Of a DNA stretch of 43,070 bases, positions 16,587 through 25,335 are shown piece after piece. Source of the stretch: a virus (Duplodnaviria; Caudoviricetes); IMG/VR virus record IMGVR_UViG_3300017747_002824, positions 1 to 43,070 of that record, one strand, 5' to 3'. A program made the translations under genes and the position numbers. Every line of letters starts with the position of its first letter. Position 1 is the stretch's first letter. The notes beneath the pieces were generated by a model that worked only from the letters and a program-made list of their open reading frames with translations, was not told the origin of the DNA and searched no databases.

Positions 16587-18295
16587 TGCTGAATGCGGAG
16601 ACCCTTGCGGTAGCGACGCCTGCCGAACTCAAGCTGCTTGAGAAGTCCCTTGTGCGGGAGCAGGCCCTTCTCTCGCCGCTTGACTTTGCCGTGTACGTCT
16701 CTGACGGGCGGGTGCGGCGGTTCAAGCATACGGAGTTGCTGTCCCGCTATGCAAAGGCGCTCGTTGAGCACGCCCTGTATGACACGGGAATCGGGACCCC
16801 TGCCGTGTGGACGCCTGACCCTGAGGACCCTGAGGACGGGCAGTGGCGGCACCCTGAGACGGGGGAAGAAGCACACAACATCGTCGTGATTAGCGCCCCG
16901 CCGCAGCACGGTAAGTCCCTTGCCCTGACGGAGACGGTGCCTGCTTGGTACCTTGAGCAGTTCCCTGACCGGCGTGTGATTGCTACGGGGTACGAGGCGG
17001 ACTTCGCCAAGAACTTCGGGCGTGCCAACCGTGACAAGATTGAGGCGTGTCCCGAGTTCGGGATCTCCGTGTCCAAGGAGAGCCGTGCGGCGGACAACTG
17101 GAACATCGACGGCCACGACGGCGGCATGATGACCGCAGGCGCAGGCGGTCCGATTACGGGCCGTCGTGGCGATCTCATCATCATTGACGACCCCGTGAAG
17201 AACTCTGAGGACGCCCTCAGTGAAGCGGCACGCCGCAAGAACAAGCAGTGGTGGCAGTCCACCATCAAGTCTCGTGTGCGGACGGACACGTTGGTCATCA
17301 TCATCCAAACCCGTTGGCATGAAGATGATCTTGCGGGGCACGTTGAGGTGACGGAACGCTGCTTCAAGCTTAACCTGCCGGCGCTTGCCTTTGAGACAGA
17401 GGGACCGGACGGCGTTTCCGTTGACCCTGACTCGGGGGTCCCTGACCCGCTCGGGCGCAAGCCGGGGCAGGCGCTGTGTTCTGCCCTGCAAACCCGGTCA
17501 ATGTTGCTGAGCAAGCAGGAGACGGGCGACGGCGGGGATGAGCCGGGCGGCATGTTGTGGTTCTCGGCGCTGTACCAAGGCAAGCCGAACATCGAAGGCG
17601 GCGGGCAACTCCGCAAGCCGTTCGGCTACTTCACGTCCGAGACCAACTTCTCCGGCAAGCCGTTCTTCCGTACCGTTCACGCAGACGGGACCAAGCGGGA
17701 ATCCTACCGTGAGGCGTGCATCTACTTCATCACCGCTGACCTTGCGGTTTCCTCCAAGACGACCGCCGACTATACGGTGTTCACCCTGTTTGCGTGGACC
17801 CCGCACAATGAACTGCTCGTGGTTGACGTGTTCCGTGAGCGGGTGGAAAGCACTGAGCATGTAGCAAAGGCCGCAGAGTTCTGGAAGAAGTCCCGTACTG
17901 CCACGTCAGGGGCCGGAATCCGGTTCTTCGGAGTGGAGAACAAGACCTACGGGCTGTCACTCATCCAAGCTCTCAAGAAGGACAACAAGATCCCCGTCAA
18001 GAAGCTAGAGGCGGACGCTGACAAGATTGCCCGTGCCAACCCGGTCGGCATGATGATCAAGCAGGACGAGTTCTTCCTCCCCGCAGGGCACAATCTCCTC
18101 CCCGACATTGAGAAGGAGATGATGGGCTTCCCGAACGGCACGCACGATGACATCGTGGACACCTTCGGCTACGGTGCCCGAGAGAGCCGTCTGCTTCCCC
18201 GCAGGAAGTCCGAGGATGCCCTCTCCGAGCCGGAGAAGGCCCGCCGCTCCAAGCGCAAGAAGACTAGGTATCATCCAATAGTAGGACGCCTCTAG
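16586..18295 (+). CDS. terL: terminase large subunit
   Basis: Walker A APPQHGKS; ITGRRGDLIIIDDP; QTRWHEDDL; nuclease ADLAVS...DYT; FPNGTHDDIVD. Confidence 0.95.
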   Translation: MLNAETLAVATPAELKLLEKSLVREQALLSPLDFAVYVSDGRVRRFKHTELLSRYAKALVEHALYDTGIGTPAVWTPDPEDPEDGQWRHPETGEEAHNIVVISAPPQHGKSLALTETVPAWYLEQFPDRRVIATGYEADFAKNFGRANRDKIEACPEFGISVSKESRAADNWNIDGHDGGMMTAGAGGPITGRRGDLIIIDDPVKNSEDALSEAARRKNKQWWQSTIKSRVRTDTLVIIIQTRWHEDDLAGHVEVTERCFKLNLPALAFETEGPDGVSVDPDSGVPDPLGRKPGQALCSALQTRSMLLSKQETGDGGDEPGGMLWFSALYQGKPNIEGGGQLRKPFGYFTSETNFSGKPFFRTVHADGTKRESYREACIYFITADLAVSSKTTADYTVFTLFAWTPHNELLVVDVFRERVESTEHVAKAAEFWKKSRTATSGAGIRFFGVENKTYGLSLIQALKKDNKIPVKKLEADADKIARANPVGMMIKQDEFFLPAGHNLLPDIEKEMMGFPNGTHDDIVDTFGYGARESRLLPRRKSEDALSEPEKARRSKRKKTRYHPIVGRL

Positions 18296-18651
18296 AAGCA
18301 GCGGTACTTTCCGCCAGCCCACGGGGACCATCCGGCGACACTGTAGAGGTAGGCGGCGTACTTGCCATTGAGCATGGGGTCCAAAGCACGGGACTCAAAG
18401 GGAGCACCGTACATCCGCTCGAACTGCGCCTTGTGCGCCTTGCGGTTGATCTGGAAAAGCCCGTAGTCCTTGGTGGCGGAGATAGCCCGAGCGTTCCCGC
18501 CCGATTCCCGCTTTGCGATGCAGGTAGCGACCGACCGCTGTGCGGGCTTGAACTGAGCAACGCCGATTTGCAGGGCAGTGCAGGACGGCAGCACAAGGAC
18601 CGCAAAGGCGGCGAGAAGTAGAGAGGCCAACAGGGTCTTGTAGGAACGCAT
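18292..18651 (-). CDS. secreted/lipoprotein lysozyme-like (SLT) transglycosylase
   Basis: Signal peptide ending LPSC; IAKRESGGN catalytic Glu; DYGLFQIN; GWSPW. Confidence 0.8.
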   Translation of the reverse strand: MRSYKTLLASLLLAAFAVLVLPSCTALQIGVAQFKPAQRSVATCIAKRESGGNARAISATKDYGLFQINRKAHKAQFERMYGAPFESRALDPMLNGKYAAYLYSVAGWSPWAGGKYRCF

Positions 18652-18751
18652 CAGACCATCCTAGCAGATATGACGGTTTCATTACAGACCGGGGCGTCCG
18701 GCAATACGTCCGGTTCCGGACCTATTCCCTGACACCTGCTAGACTGCGGTA

Positions 18752-19180
18752 ATGAATCTGACCCCCGGCTTTTCTCAGAACGCCCGAGTGCCCTACTGCT
18801 CTTTCTGCGGCGGGATGCCCGGCAAGACCAACCCGCTTGACCCTACCAGTGCAGACCTTCCGGTCGTGACCACAGACCTTGACATCTCCTTCGAGGGGAT
18901 CGTGGAGTTCTGTCAGGGCTGCGCTGCGGAAGCCGGCGCTCTAGCGGGAATGATTCCCGAAACCACGGCGCAGGAACTCCGGTCTGAGGCGGCGCATCTC
19001 CGCTCCGACAACCTGTCCCTCACGGCAGAACGGGACTCCGCCCGCAAGGCTCTTGACGCCCTGCACGCTGAACTAGCGTCCCGTGACAGCACCCCCGTTA
19101 CTTACACGGTTGACACTCCCGCCCCTGCCCCCGCCAAGCCCGCCGCCCGCAAGGGACGCTCTAGTGCTGCTGCTGCTTAG
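18752..19180 (+). CDS. zinc-binding coiled-coil hypothetical protein
   Basis: CSFC...CQGC plus heptad region; leaderless, TGC-TAGACT promoter. Confidence 0.7.
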   Translation: MNLTPGFSQNARVPYCSFCGGMPGKTNPLDPTSADLPVVTTDLDISFEGIVEFCQGCAAEAGALAGMIPETTAQELRSEAAHLRSDNLSLTAERDSARKALDALHAELASRDSTPVTYTVDTPAPAPAKPAARKGRSSAAAA

Positions 19181-19355
19181 TCTTGCGTTCCTTACCGTTC
19201 TCGTCCTGCAAGAGCAGAGGCATCGCAAGGAGCGTGACCGCCTTGTCCGTCTCGCTGCTGCAAACACGCCTGCTGAACGCATCGCCGCACTACTTCCTGA
19301 GAAGCGGAAGCCCGCTCCCCGTGAAGAACGCCCGACAAAGCCGCTAGGAATCTGA
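19164..19355 (+). CDS. small membrane-anchored protein preceding portal
   Basis: AAGGGA RBS; N-terminal hydrophobic helix. Confidence 0.6.
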   Translation: MLLLLSLAFLTVLVLQEQRHRKERDRLVRLAAANTPAERIAALLPEKRKPAPREERPTKPLGI

Positions 19356-19356
19356 C

Positions 19357-21390
19357 ATGCAAGAAGTGAGCAAAGAGGCGGCAGCGGTGCAGTCCGCAGG
19401 CGGCGACGGAATCCCGTCCGCCAACAAGAACGACGGCTTCACGGCAGGCACCGTTGTTGCCCGCTATGAGCAGGCGGCAAAGAGCATCAAGGCGGAAGTG
19501 CAGGACTACTGGCTCAACGTGGCCTTCAAGTCCAACCATCAGTGGGTCTACTGGAACCGGGCAACGAATCGCCTGGACTCCTACGCAGGAGATCCCGAGC
19601 GGGTACAGGCCACGGTCAACCGGATTTGGCCCGGCTCCCGCACGATCATTTCCAAGCTGACGCAGCGGGAACTAGCGTTCGACGTGCTGCCCACGGCACC
19701 AGACGACGCCACGATGCGGGGTGCCTCCACCTCCGAGGCGATTCTTCATGACGTTCACATCCGGCATAGTTGGGAAGGGCTGCGGGTCAAGAACTCGTGG
19801 TCAACGTGGCTCGGCGGCACTGCCGCTATCGCCGTGGATTGGGACCCGAAGGCGGGCAACCGTATCGACCAAGATACGTTCACGGGCGACACCATCGAAA
19901 CCCCGCTGTCCATCGCAGAGTTCGTGGTGGAAGCAGGGTCCCGTGAACCTACCCGTTCCCGTTATTGGATCAAGGCGCAGGCGCTCCCGCCCGCACAGGT
20001 GCAGGCAACCTACGGCCTTGCGGAAGCGCCCCCTGCGGACGCTACGGCAGGACTCACGCCCTTGCAGGCGTCGCTCATGGTCGGGCAAGAGAACGGCAAT
20101 CAGCGCCCCGAACTAACCCGTGTTCTGACCTACTACGAACGTCCCAACGGCTCGTGCGCCGAAGGCCGTGTTGCGGTGGTCATCAACAACAAGTTCGTGG
20201 ACGGCGTGAAGAAGTGGCCGTTCCCGTTCAAGGACCGCCTCAACTTTGCCGTGACCTATGAGACGGAGCGGGACAACGTGTGGGCGGGTGAGACCGTTGT
20301 GACGGTGAGCCGTCCGATTCAGGTTCTCTACAACCTCGCTCAGTCCAACATTGCTGAGCATATGAAGAACGCCGGCAACGCACGGCTCGCCGTTCCGCAG
20401 TCCTCCATGGACATGATGGAATCGTTCTCTGACCTGCCCGGGGAGATGGTCCCGTTCCCTGACGGTGAACAACTCCCGTCGTGGATCTCCCCCGCACAGA
20501 TGCCGCAGTGGTGGTCTGATTGGCCTTCCAAGTTGGAAGAAGTCATGGACGACCTGCTCGGTGTTCACGATGTAAGTCGTGGTTCGGCCCCGACCAACAT
20601 TGAGAGCGGCTACGGGCTGTCCATCCTTGCCGAGCATGACAGCACTCCCGTAGGCCGCATGGTCAAGTCTCAGGCTACGGCGTGGGGCGAAGTGGCGACG
20701 ATGGTGCTGGAACTCTACGCCTCTATGGTGAAGGAAACCCGCACCGCTCTGATTAGGTCCCCCGGTGACGTGCCGGAAGCGGTGCCGTGGACGGGCGAGC
20801 AACTGCAAGGGCAGACCCAAGCCATCGTCCCTGAGGATGCCATCCTCCCCCGGAGCCGAGCGGCTATGCAGGCTATGGCGGAGAAGATGGTTCAGATGGG
20901 TCTCGTCACCGATCTTGAAACCTTCACCGCCCTGGTAGAACTGCCGGGTCAGAAGGACATCATTGAGCGTGCCCGTCCCGATGTGGCGAAGGCACGCCGT
21001 GAGAACAGCCTCATGGCTCCCGGGAACGTGATGATTCCCGCCGACTTTGACGATCACGCCATCCACATTGCCGAGCACAACGTGTTCCGCAAGTCTGAGC
21101 GGTATGACCGCATGTCCCCGCAGTTGCGGAACGTCATTGACACGCACATTGCCGCCCATGAAACCGAGGCTGCGGAACTCGCAGGCAAGGCCCGTCAGGC
21201 GTCCGCCATCGACCCGCTTGCTGCAACCGCCCCACGGGGCGACAGCCGCCCGGTCCTGACGGCGGACCAACTCCCGCCTGAGGCGCTCAGCCTCATGGCT
21301 CCCGGAGCGGACGACCCCTTCCTTGACCCCGAACAAGCGGGCGCTGAGGATGAACTAGCGATGCTAGCGGAACAAGCTGCTAGTATCTAG
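19357..21390 (+). CDS. portal protein
   Basis: 677 aa between TerL and scaffold; NRIWP...ISKL, GVHDVSRG, SGYGL features of P22-like portals. Confidence 0.85.
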   Translation: MQEVSKEAAAVQSAGGDGIPSANKNDGFTAGTVVARYEQAAKSIKAEVQDYWLNVAFKSNHQWVYWNRATNRLDSYAGDPERVQATVNRIWPGSRTIISKLTQRELAFDVLPTAPDDATMRGASTSEAILHDVHIRHSWEGLRVKNSWSTWLGGTAAIAVDWDPKAGNRIDQDTFTGDTIETPLSIAEFVVEAGSREPTRSRYWIKAQALPPAQVQATYGLAEAPPADATAGLTPLQASLMVGQENGNQRPELTRVLTYYERPNGSCAEGRVAVVINNKFVDGVKKWPFPFKDRLNFAVTYETERDNVWAGETVVTVSRPIQVLYNLAQSNIAEHMKNAGNARLAVPQSSMDMMESFSDLPGEMVPFPDGEQLPSWISPAQMPQWWSDWPSKLEEVMDDLLGVHDVSRGSAPTNIESGYGLSILAEHDSTPVGRMVKSQATAWGEVATMVLELYASMVKETRTALIRSPGDVPEAVPWTGEQLQGQTQAIVPEDAILPRSRAAMQAMAEKMVQMGLVTDLETFTALVELPGQKDIIERARPDVAKARRENSLMAPGNVMIPADFDDHAIHIAEHNVFRKSERYDRMSPQLRNVIDTHIAAHETEAAELAGKARQASAIDPLAATAPRGDSRPVLTADQLPPEALSLMAPGADDPFLDPEQAGAEDELAMLAEQAASI

Positions 21391-21420
21391 TCACGACCAT
21401 AGAAAGAGAGGACAGTCCAG

Positions 21421-22194
21421 ATGACTGACCTGCCTGTTGAAACCCCGTCCGCACCCGTGGACGTTCCCGTCAACCCCCTGCTTGCAGAGGACCCGCCTGC
21501 TCAGGAAACCCCCGTTTCCGCTGACAGCGGAACTCCTGAGATTCCGGTTGAACCCGTTGCAGAACCGGGCGTTGACCCGGAGACGTTCGACCGTTCGTAT
21601 GTGGAGGAACTCCGCAAGGAATCCGCCAAGTACCGGACCAAGGCCAAGCCGTATGAGGAGGCGTTCGCAGAGTACGACGATGAGAGCCGTGAGGTTCTGC
21701 TGTCGCTTGCCCGTGAACTGATCGCTGATCCCGAAGCCGGGGCACGCCGGATGGTGGAGATTTCCAAGAACATCCTTGACGACAAGTTCGAGGATGTGCT
21801 CAAGGACCCGTCTCCTCGCCCGCTGACGGCGCAGGATGTGGACCGGATGTTCTCGGAACGGGAATCCAAGGCACAGCAGGAGGCTGCGGTGCGGGCGGTT
21901 GAGCAGGAAGCGGACGCCCTCGGCTACCCTGACGGCACCGCTGACCGTGCCCTGCTGTTCTCCATTGCCAACACGGAAACCCTCGGGGATCTGAAGGCTG
22001 CTCACGAGAAGATCCAAGCCCGCAATCAGGCTGTGATTGACGCCTACCTTGAGGAGAAGCGGGCGGCAGGCGACGCCTTCCCCACGCCGACCTCCGCAGG
22101 TGTCGGAGCGGGCGCTGACGGCGGGCCTCCGAAGGACTTTGCCGAGGCCAAGAAGGGGCTGCTTGCCTTCCTCAGCAGTCAGCCCGGTCAGTAA
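21421..22194 (+). CDS. capsid scaffolding protein
   Basis: Acidic Pro-rich N-terminus; YVEELRKESAKYRT scaffold motif; upstream of the capsid gene. Confidence 0.8.
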   Translation: MTDLPVETPSAPVDVPVNPLLAEDPPAQETPVSADSGTPEIPVEPVAEPGVDPETFDRSYVEELRKESAKYRTKAKPYEEAFAEYDDESREVLLSLARELIADPEAGARRMVEISKNILDDKFEDVLKDPSPRPLTAQDVDRMFSERESKAQQEAAVRAVEQEADALGYPDGTADRALLFSIANTETLGDLKAAHEKIQARNQAVIDAYLEEKRAAGDAFPTPTSAGVGAGADGGPPKDFAEAKKGLLAFLSSQPGQ

Positions 22195-22249
22195 CCTGCT
22201 ATACTGACAGGGTGTTCACGCACCGTCCGTAATAGCGGACTCCACGGAC

Positions 22250-22281
22250 AGACCCCCGCTTCGGCGGGGGTCTTTTCGTTT
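22250..22281 (+). terminator. intrinsic terminator
   Basis: AGACCCCCGC-TTCG-GCGGGGGTCT then TTTCGTTT. Confidence 0.85.
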
Positions 22282-22297
22282 GTGATAGTATGCAGGA

Positions 22298-22750
22298 GTG
22301 AACACAAAGGCATGTAATGTATGTGGCGTCACGAAGCCTCTGGAAGACTTCTACCGCCATAACACCCGTAAGAATCGTCCGTACTACGCAACCTGCAAGC
22401 CGTGCCAAATTGCACGGACAAGGGTTCGTTCGGACGAGAACCCCAAGAGTAAGGCGGTGTCTGGCTGGAAACAGCGAAACATCAACTGCACTTGGGAACA
22501 GTTCGAGCAGATGATGGCAGAGCAGGACTCTGTTTGCAAAATCTGTCAAAAGCCATGCGGCTCTGGAAGGCGTCTGGCGGTCGATCACAACCACACCACT
22601 GGCGAGGTTCGTGGGTTGCTCTGCACCTCATGTAACCAACTCGTCGGTAAATTGGAGAACGGGACAGTCCCGTTCCACCGCCTCACATCCTACCTAGAGA
22701 AAGAGATCCAATCATGGCTCAGTCACTCACCAACGCCGACGCGGCGCTGA
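22298..22750 (+). CDS. endonuclease VII-like (putative homing) endonuclease
   Basis: QDSVCKICQ...LAVDHNHTTGEVRGLLCTSCN; N-terminal CxxC...CxxC; lower GC than flanks. Confidence 0.85.
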   Translation: MNTKACNVCGVTKPLEDFYRHNTRKNRPYYATCKPCQIARTRVRSDENPKSKAVSGWKQRNINCTWEQFEQMMAEQDSVCKICQKPCGSGRRLAVDHNHTTGEVRGLLCTSCNQLVGKLENGTVPFHRLTSYLEKEIQSWLSHSPTPTRR

Positions 22751-23934
22751 AAGAGTACTACTTGCCGCCCCTTCGGGAGCAGCTCAACAACGCCAACGTT
22801 CTTGACGCCATCGTGTCGAAGAACTCCGAAGACTTCGAGGGTCGCCGTGCGGTCCTGAGTCTCCACGTCACCCGCAACTCCGGTGTCGGCTCCCGAGCCG
22901 AGAATGGCACCCTCCCGACCGCAGGTCAGCAGGGCTACGCCGAAGAGCGCATCCCGGTCTACTTCCACTACGGTCGGATTCAGCTTTCCGCCCCCGTGAT
23001 GAAGGCCATGAAGTCGGACAAGGGTTCGTTCGTTCGGGCCGTTGAGTCCGAGATGAGCGGCCTCAAGCGTGACGTTGCACGGAACTACAACCGTCAGCGT
23101 TTCGGTACCTCCAACGGTGTTGTCGCTACCTGTGGCACCACCTCCTCATCCACCACGGTCACCCTCCTCAACGCCACCAGCACGCAGATGCGGCAGCTTG
23201 AGGTCGGCCTTGTGGTTGACATTGGTACCGTCGCTTCGCCCACCTCGGTTGCCTCGGCCCGCACCATCACGGCCACCAGCACCGCCAACGGCACCATCAC
23301 CATCTCGGGAGCGGCTGTCAGCACCACCTCTGGTGCGGCCTTCGTGTTCATCTCGGGTTCGGGCGGCGACACGGCGAACGGCACGCAGAAGGAAATCACG
23401 GGTCTTCAGACCATCGTGGATTCTGCCGGCACCCTGTTCAACGTGAACCCCTCCACCTACCCGTCGTGGTCCTCGTATGAGAGCAGCAACAGCGGCACCC
23501 TTCGGGCACCGTCGGACACGCTGTTCGAGGAAGCACTTGACAACGTGAACATCAACTCCGGTGAGGATGTTGACGTGATCGTCACCACGAACGGCATCAG
23601 CCGCTCGTACGCCAACTCGCTCAAGAGCCAGAAGCGCTTTACCAACACCATTGATCTCAAGGGTGGCTTCAAGGCGCTTGAGGTTTCCAGCGGCCGCAAC
23701 GCCGTTGGCCTGGTTTGGGATCGTGACTGCCCCACGCAGCACGCTTTCTTCCTGAACACCAAGCACCTCACCGATTACGTTGAGACGGATTGGGAGTGGG
23801 CCGACGATGACGGCTCGATCCTGGGCCGTGTTGCCGACACCGACGCTTACGAGGCTCGTCTTCGCAAGTTCTCGGAGCAGGGAACCAGCCGACGCAACGC
23901 CCACGGCAAGATCGTGGACCTCAGCGGCGACTGA
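22714..23934 (+). CDS. major capsid protein
   Basis: 406 aa after scaffold; LKEYY, ITGLQTIV, RNAHGKI; strongly biased codons; followed by a terminator. Confidence 0.88.
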   Translation: MAQSLTNADAALKEYYLPPLREQLNNANVLDAIVSKNSEDFEGRRAVLSLHVTRNSGVGSRAENGTLPTAGQQGYAEERIPVYFHYGRIQLSAPVMKAMKSDKGSFVRAVESEMSGLKRDVARNYNRQRFGTSNGVVATCGTTSSSTTVTLLNATSTQMRQLEVGLVVDIGTVASPTSVASARTITATSTANGTITISGAAVSTTSGAAFVFISGSGGDTANGTQKEITGLQTIVDSAGTLFNVNPSTYPSWSSYESSNSGTLRAPSDTLFEEALDNVNINSGEDVDVIVTTNGISRSYANSLKSQKRFTNTIDLKGGFKALEVSSGRNAVGLVWDRDCPTQHAFFLNTKHLTDYVETDWEWADDDGSILGRVADTDAYEARLRKFSEQGTSRRNAHGKIVDLSGD

Positions 23935-23955
23935 GCGTAACCCCTAGCGGGTTAG

Positions 23956-23986
23956 AAGGGCGGGGTCGGAAACGGCCCCGCCCTTT
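23956..23986 (+). terminator. intrinsic terminator after the capsid gene
   Basis: AAGGGCGGGGTCG-GAAA-CGGCCCCGCCCTTT. Confidence 0.8.
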
Positions 23987-24007
23987 GCGTTGTGCTACGC
24001 TTCTTCC

Positions 24008-24247
24008 ATGCGAGACCAAGCAAGGGTAGAGATTTACTGCACCGCCCCACGTCAGGCAGGTTGGTGGTACGCCAAGCAACCTGTAGACAGGGGACTGCTC
24101 AACACGGTTCGGAACCCGCTAGACCTCCTGTTGCATGAAGCGTGCGTGGCGCAGATCATGATGCTTGAGTTGGCGGAGCGTTCGGGAGAGCCTGTTCCTG
24201 ACCCGAGTGAACTGCAATGGATGGTGGTGGTTCCTGCATCCTTCTAG
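24008..24247 (+). CDS. hypothetical protein (MRDQARVEIY...)
   Basis: TGC-TACGCT 6 nt upstream of ATG 24008. Confidence 0.55.
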   Translation: MRDQARVEIYCTAPRQAGWWYAKQPVDRGLLNTVRNPLDLLLHEACVAQIMMLELAERSGEPVPDPSELQWMVVVPASF

Positions 24248-24275
24248 TGTTCTACGGCCTGCTAGACTAGGCTGC

Positions 24276-24689
24276 ATGTCTTTGACTCACCCGCAGACCG
24301 TCAACGGGAAAACCCTGTGGATGGATTCAGGCGTATCTGATCTGATCCACAAGCTGAACTACGGAGACCACGTTCTCGGGTGGGAAGGGGACCCCGCTCT
24401 CGCCCTGTTCATGGACAAGGACCCTGTGCAGGGGGATCGTTGGGTTCTCGTCCGTCTAGAGGATGACGGAGAGTACCGGGACGTGTGCCGTTCCCGCCCC
24501 GGTCTGCCCTTGGATGAGCGCCTGCTCATCCGTCTCATGGAACACGACTCCCGCAGGGGATTCGAGGCTGCGTCCGTCATTGAGGAAGCCTACGACCCGT
24601 TCTCCGCCACCACCGCCGCCGACGAGGCTGCGATGGAAGGGCTTGAACGGGCATACCACGGTCTCGCAAAGGATATAGGTCACGTCTGA
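24276..24689 (+). CDS. hypothetical protein (MSLTHPQTV...)
   Basis: TGC-TAGACT 7 nt upstream of ATG 24276; TGATG coupling to the adaptor gene. Confidence 0.75.
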   Translation: MSLTHPQTVNGKTLWMDSGVSDLIHKLNYGDHVLGWEGDPALALFMDKDPVQGDRWVLVRLEDDGEYRDVCRSRPGLPLDERLLIRLMEHDSRRGFEAASVIEEAYDPFSATTAADEAAMEGLERAYHGLAKDIGHV

Positions 24690-25333
24690 TGTCCATTACC
24701 GCAGGTGATCTCTACGCCTCCGCCCGTGCCCGCACGGGACTCAACTTTGCGGACGGGAGGCTTGACGACAACAACATCGTCGGCGTCAACACCGCAATCA
24801 ACGCCGGCCTGACGGACTTGGTGGCAGCCCACGATTGGGATTGGCTCTATGACGAGGGCATCATCGGCATCGTCCCGTCCGTGGAATCGTACCGCACCCC
24901 GACCAACTTCATGCGGGCACTGTGGCTTGCCAACGACAACAACGAGGAACTGAGCCTACGGCAGCGACGGGACGCCATCCGGTTCTCGTCCGGTACCGGC
25001 ACTCCCCGCTACTTCTCCATCCTCAACGGGCAAATCTACCTGTCCCCGACCCCCTCGCAGGCTGCCACATACCGGATTGGCTATTACGTCCAGTTCGAGC
25101 GGATCGACGCCCTAACGGTTGCAGCCCTTGACGACATTGACCTTGACATCCCCGACATGTTCGTCAGCCTTGCGACCCTCTACATCGCAAAGAACATTGC
25201 CATGATGTTCAAGGACTACGATGCCTACCGCCTGCTCACGGAGGAGATCCGTGCCGAGATGAAGCGGGTAGCCGACAACACCCGCCGCAGCCTCGGCCCC
25301 GTAGCCCCGCAAACCCGCCACGACGGGTACTAG
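24689..25333 (+). CDS. head-tail adaptor (tail tubular A-like)
   Basis: INAG...HDWDWL, GTPRYF, IYLSPTP pattern of podoviral adaptors. Confidence 0.75.
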   Translation: MSITAGDLYASARARTGLNFADGRLDDNNIVGVNTAINAGLTDLVAAHDWDWLYDEGIIGIVPSVESYRTPTNFMRALWLANDNNEELSLRQRRDAIRFSSGTGTPRYFSILNGQIYLSPTPSQAATYRIGYYVQFERIDALTVAALDDIDLDIPDMFVSLATLYIAKNIAMMFKDYDAYRLLTEEIRAEMKRVADNTRRSLGPVAPQTRHDGY

Positions 25334-25335
25334 AC

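Noticed and set aside
16814-16837. Tandem ACCCTGAGG repeat in terL
   Set aside because: Encodes a short DPEDPED loop in frame; no sign of an intein, intron or phase variation.
20113-21336. Long antisense ORFs (also 36085-37209, 16583-17491, 8969-9928)
   Set aside because: Shadows of high-GC coding genes with no recognisable motifs or start signals.
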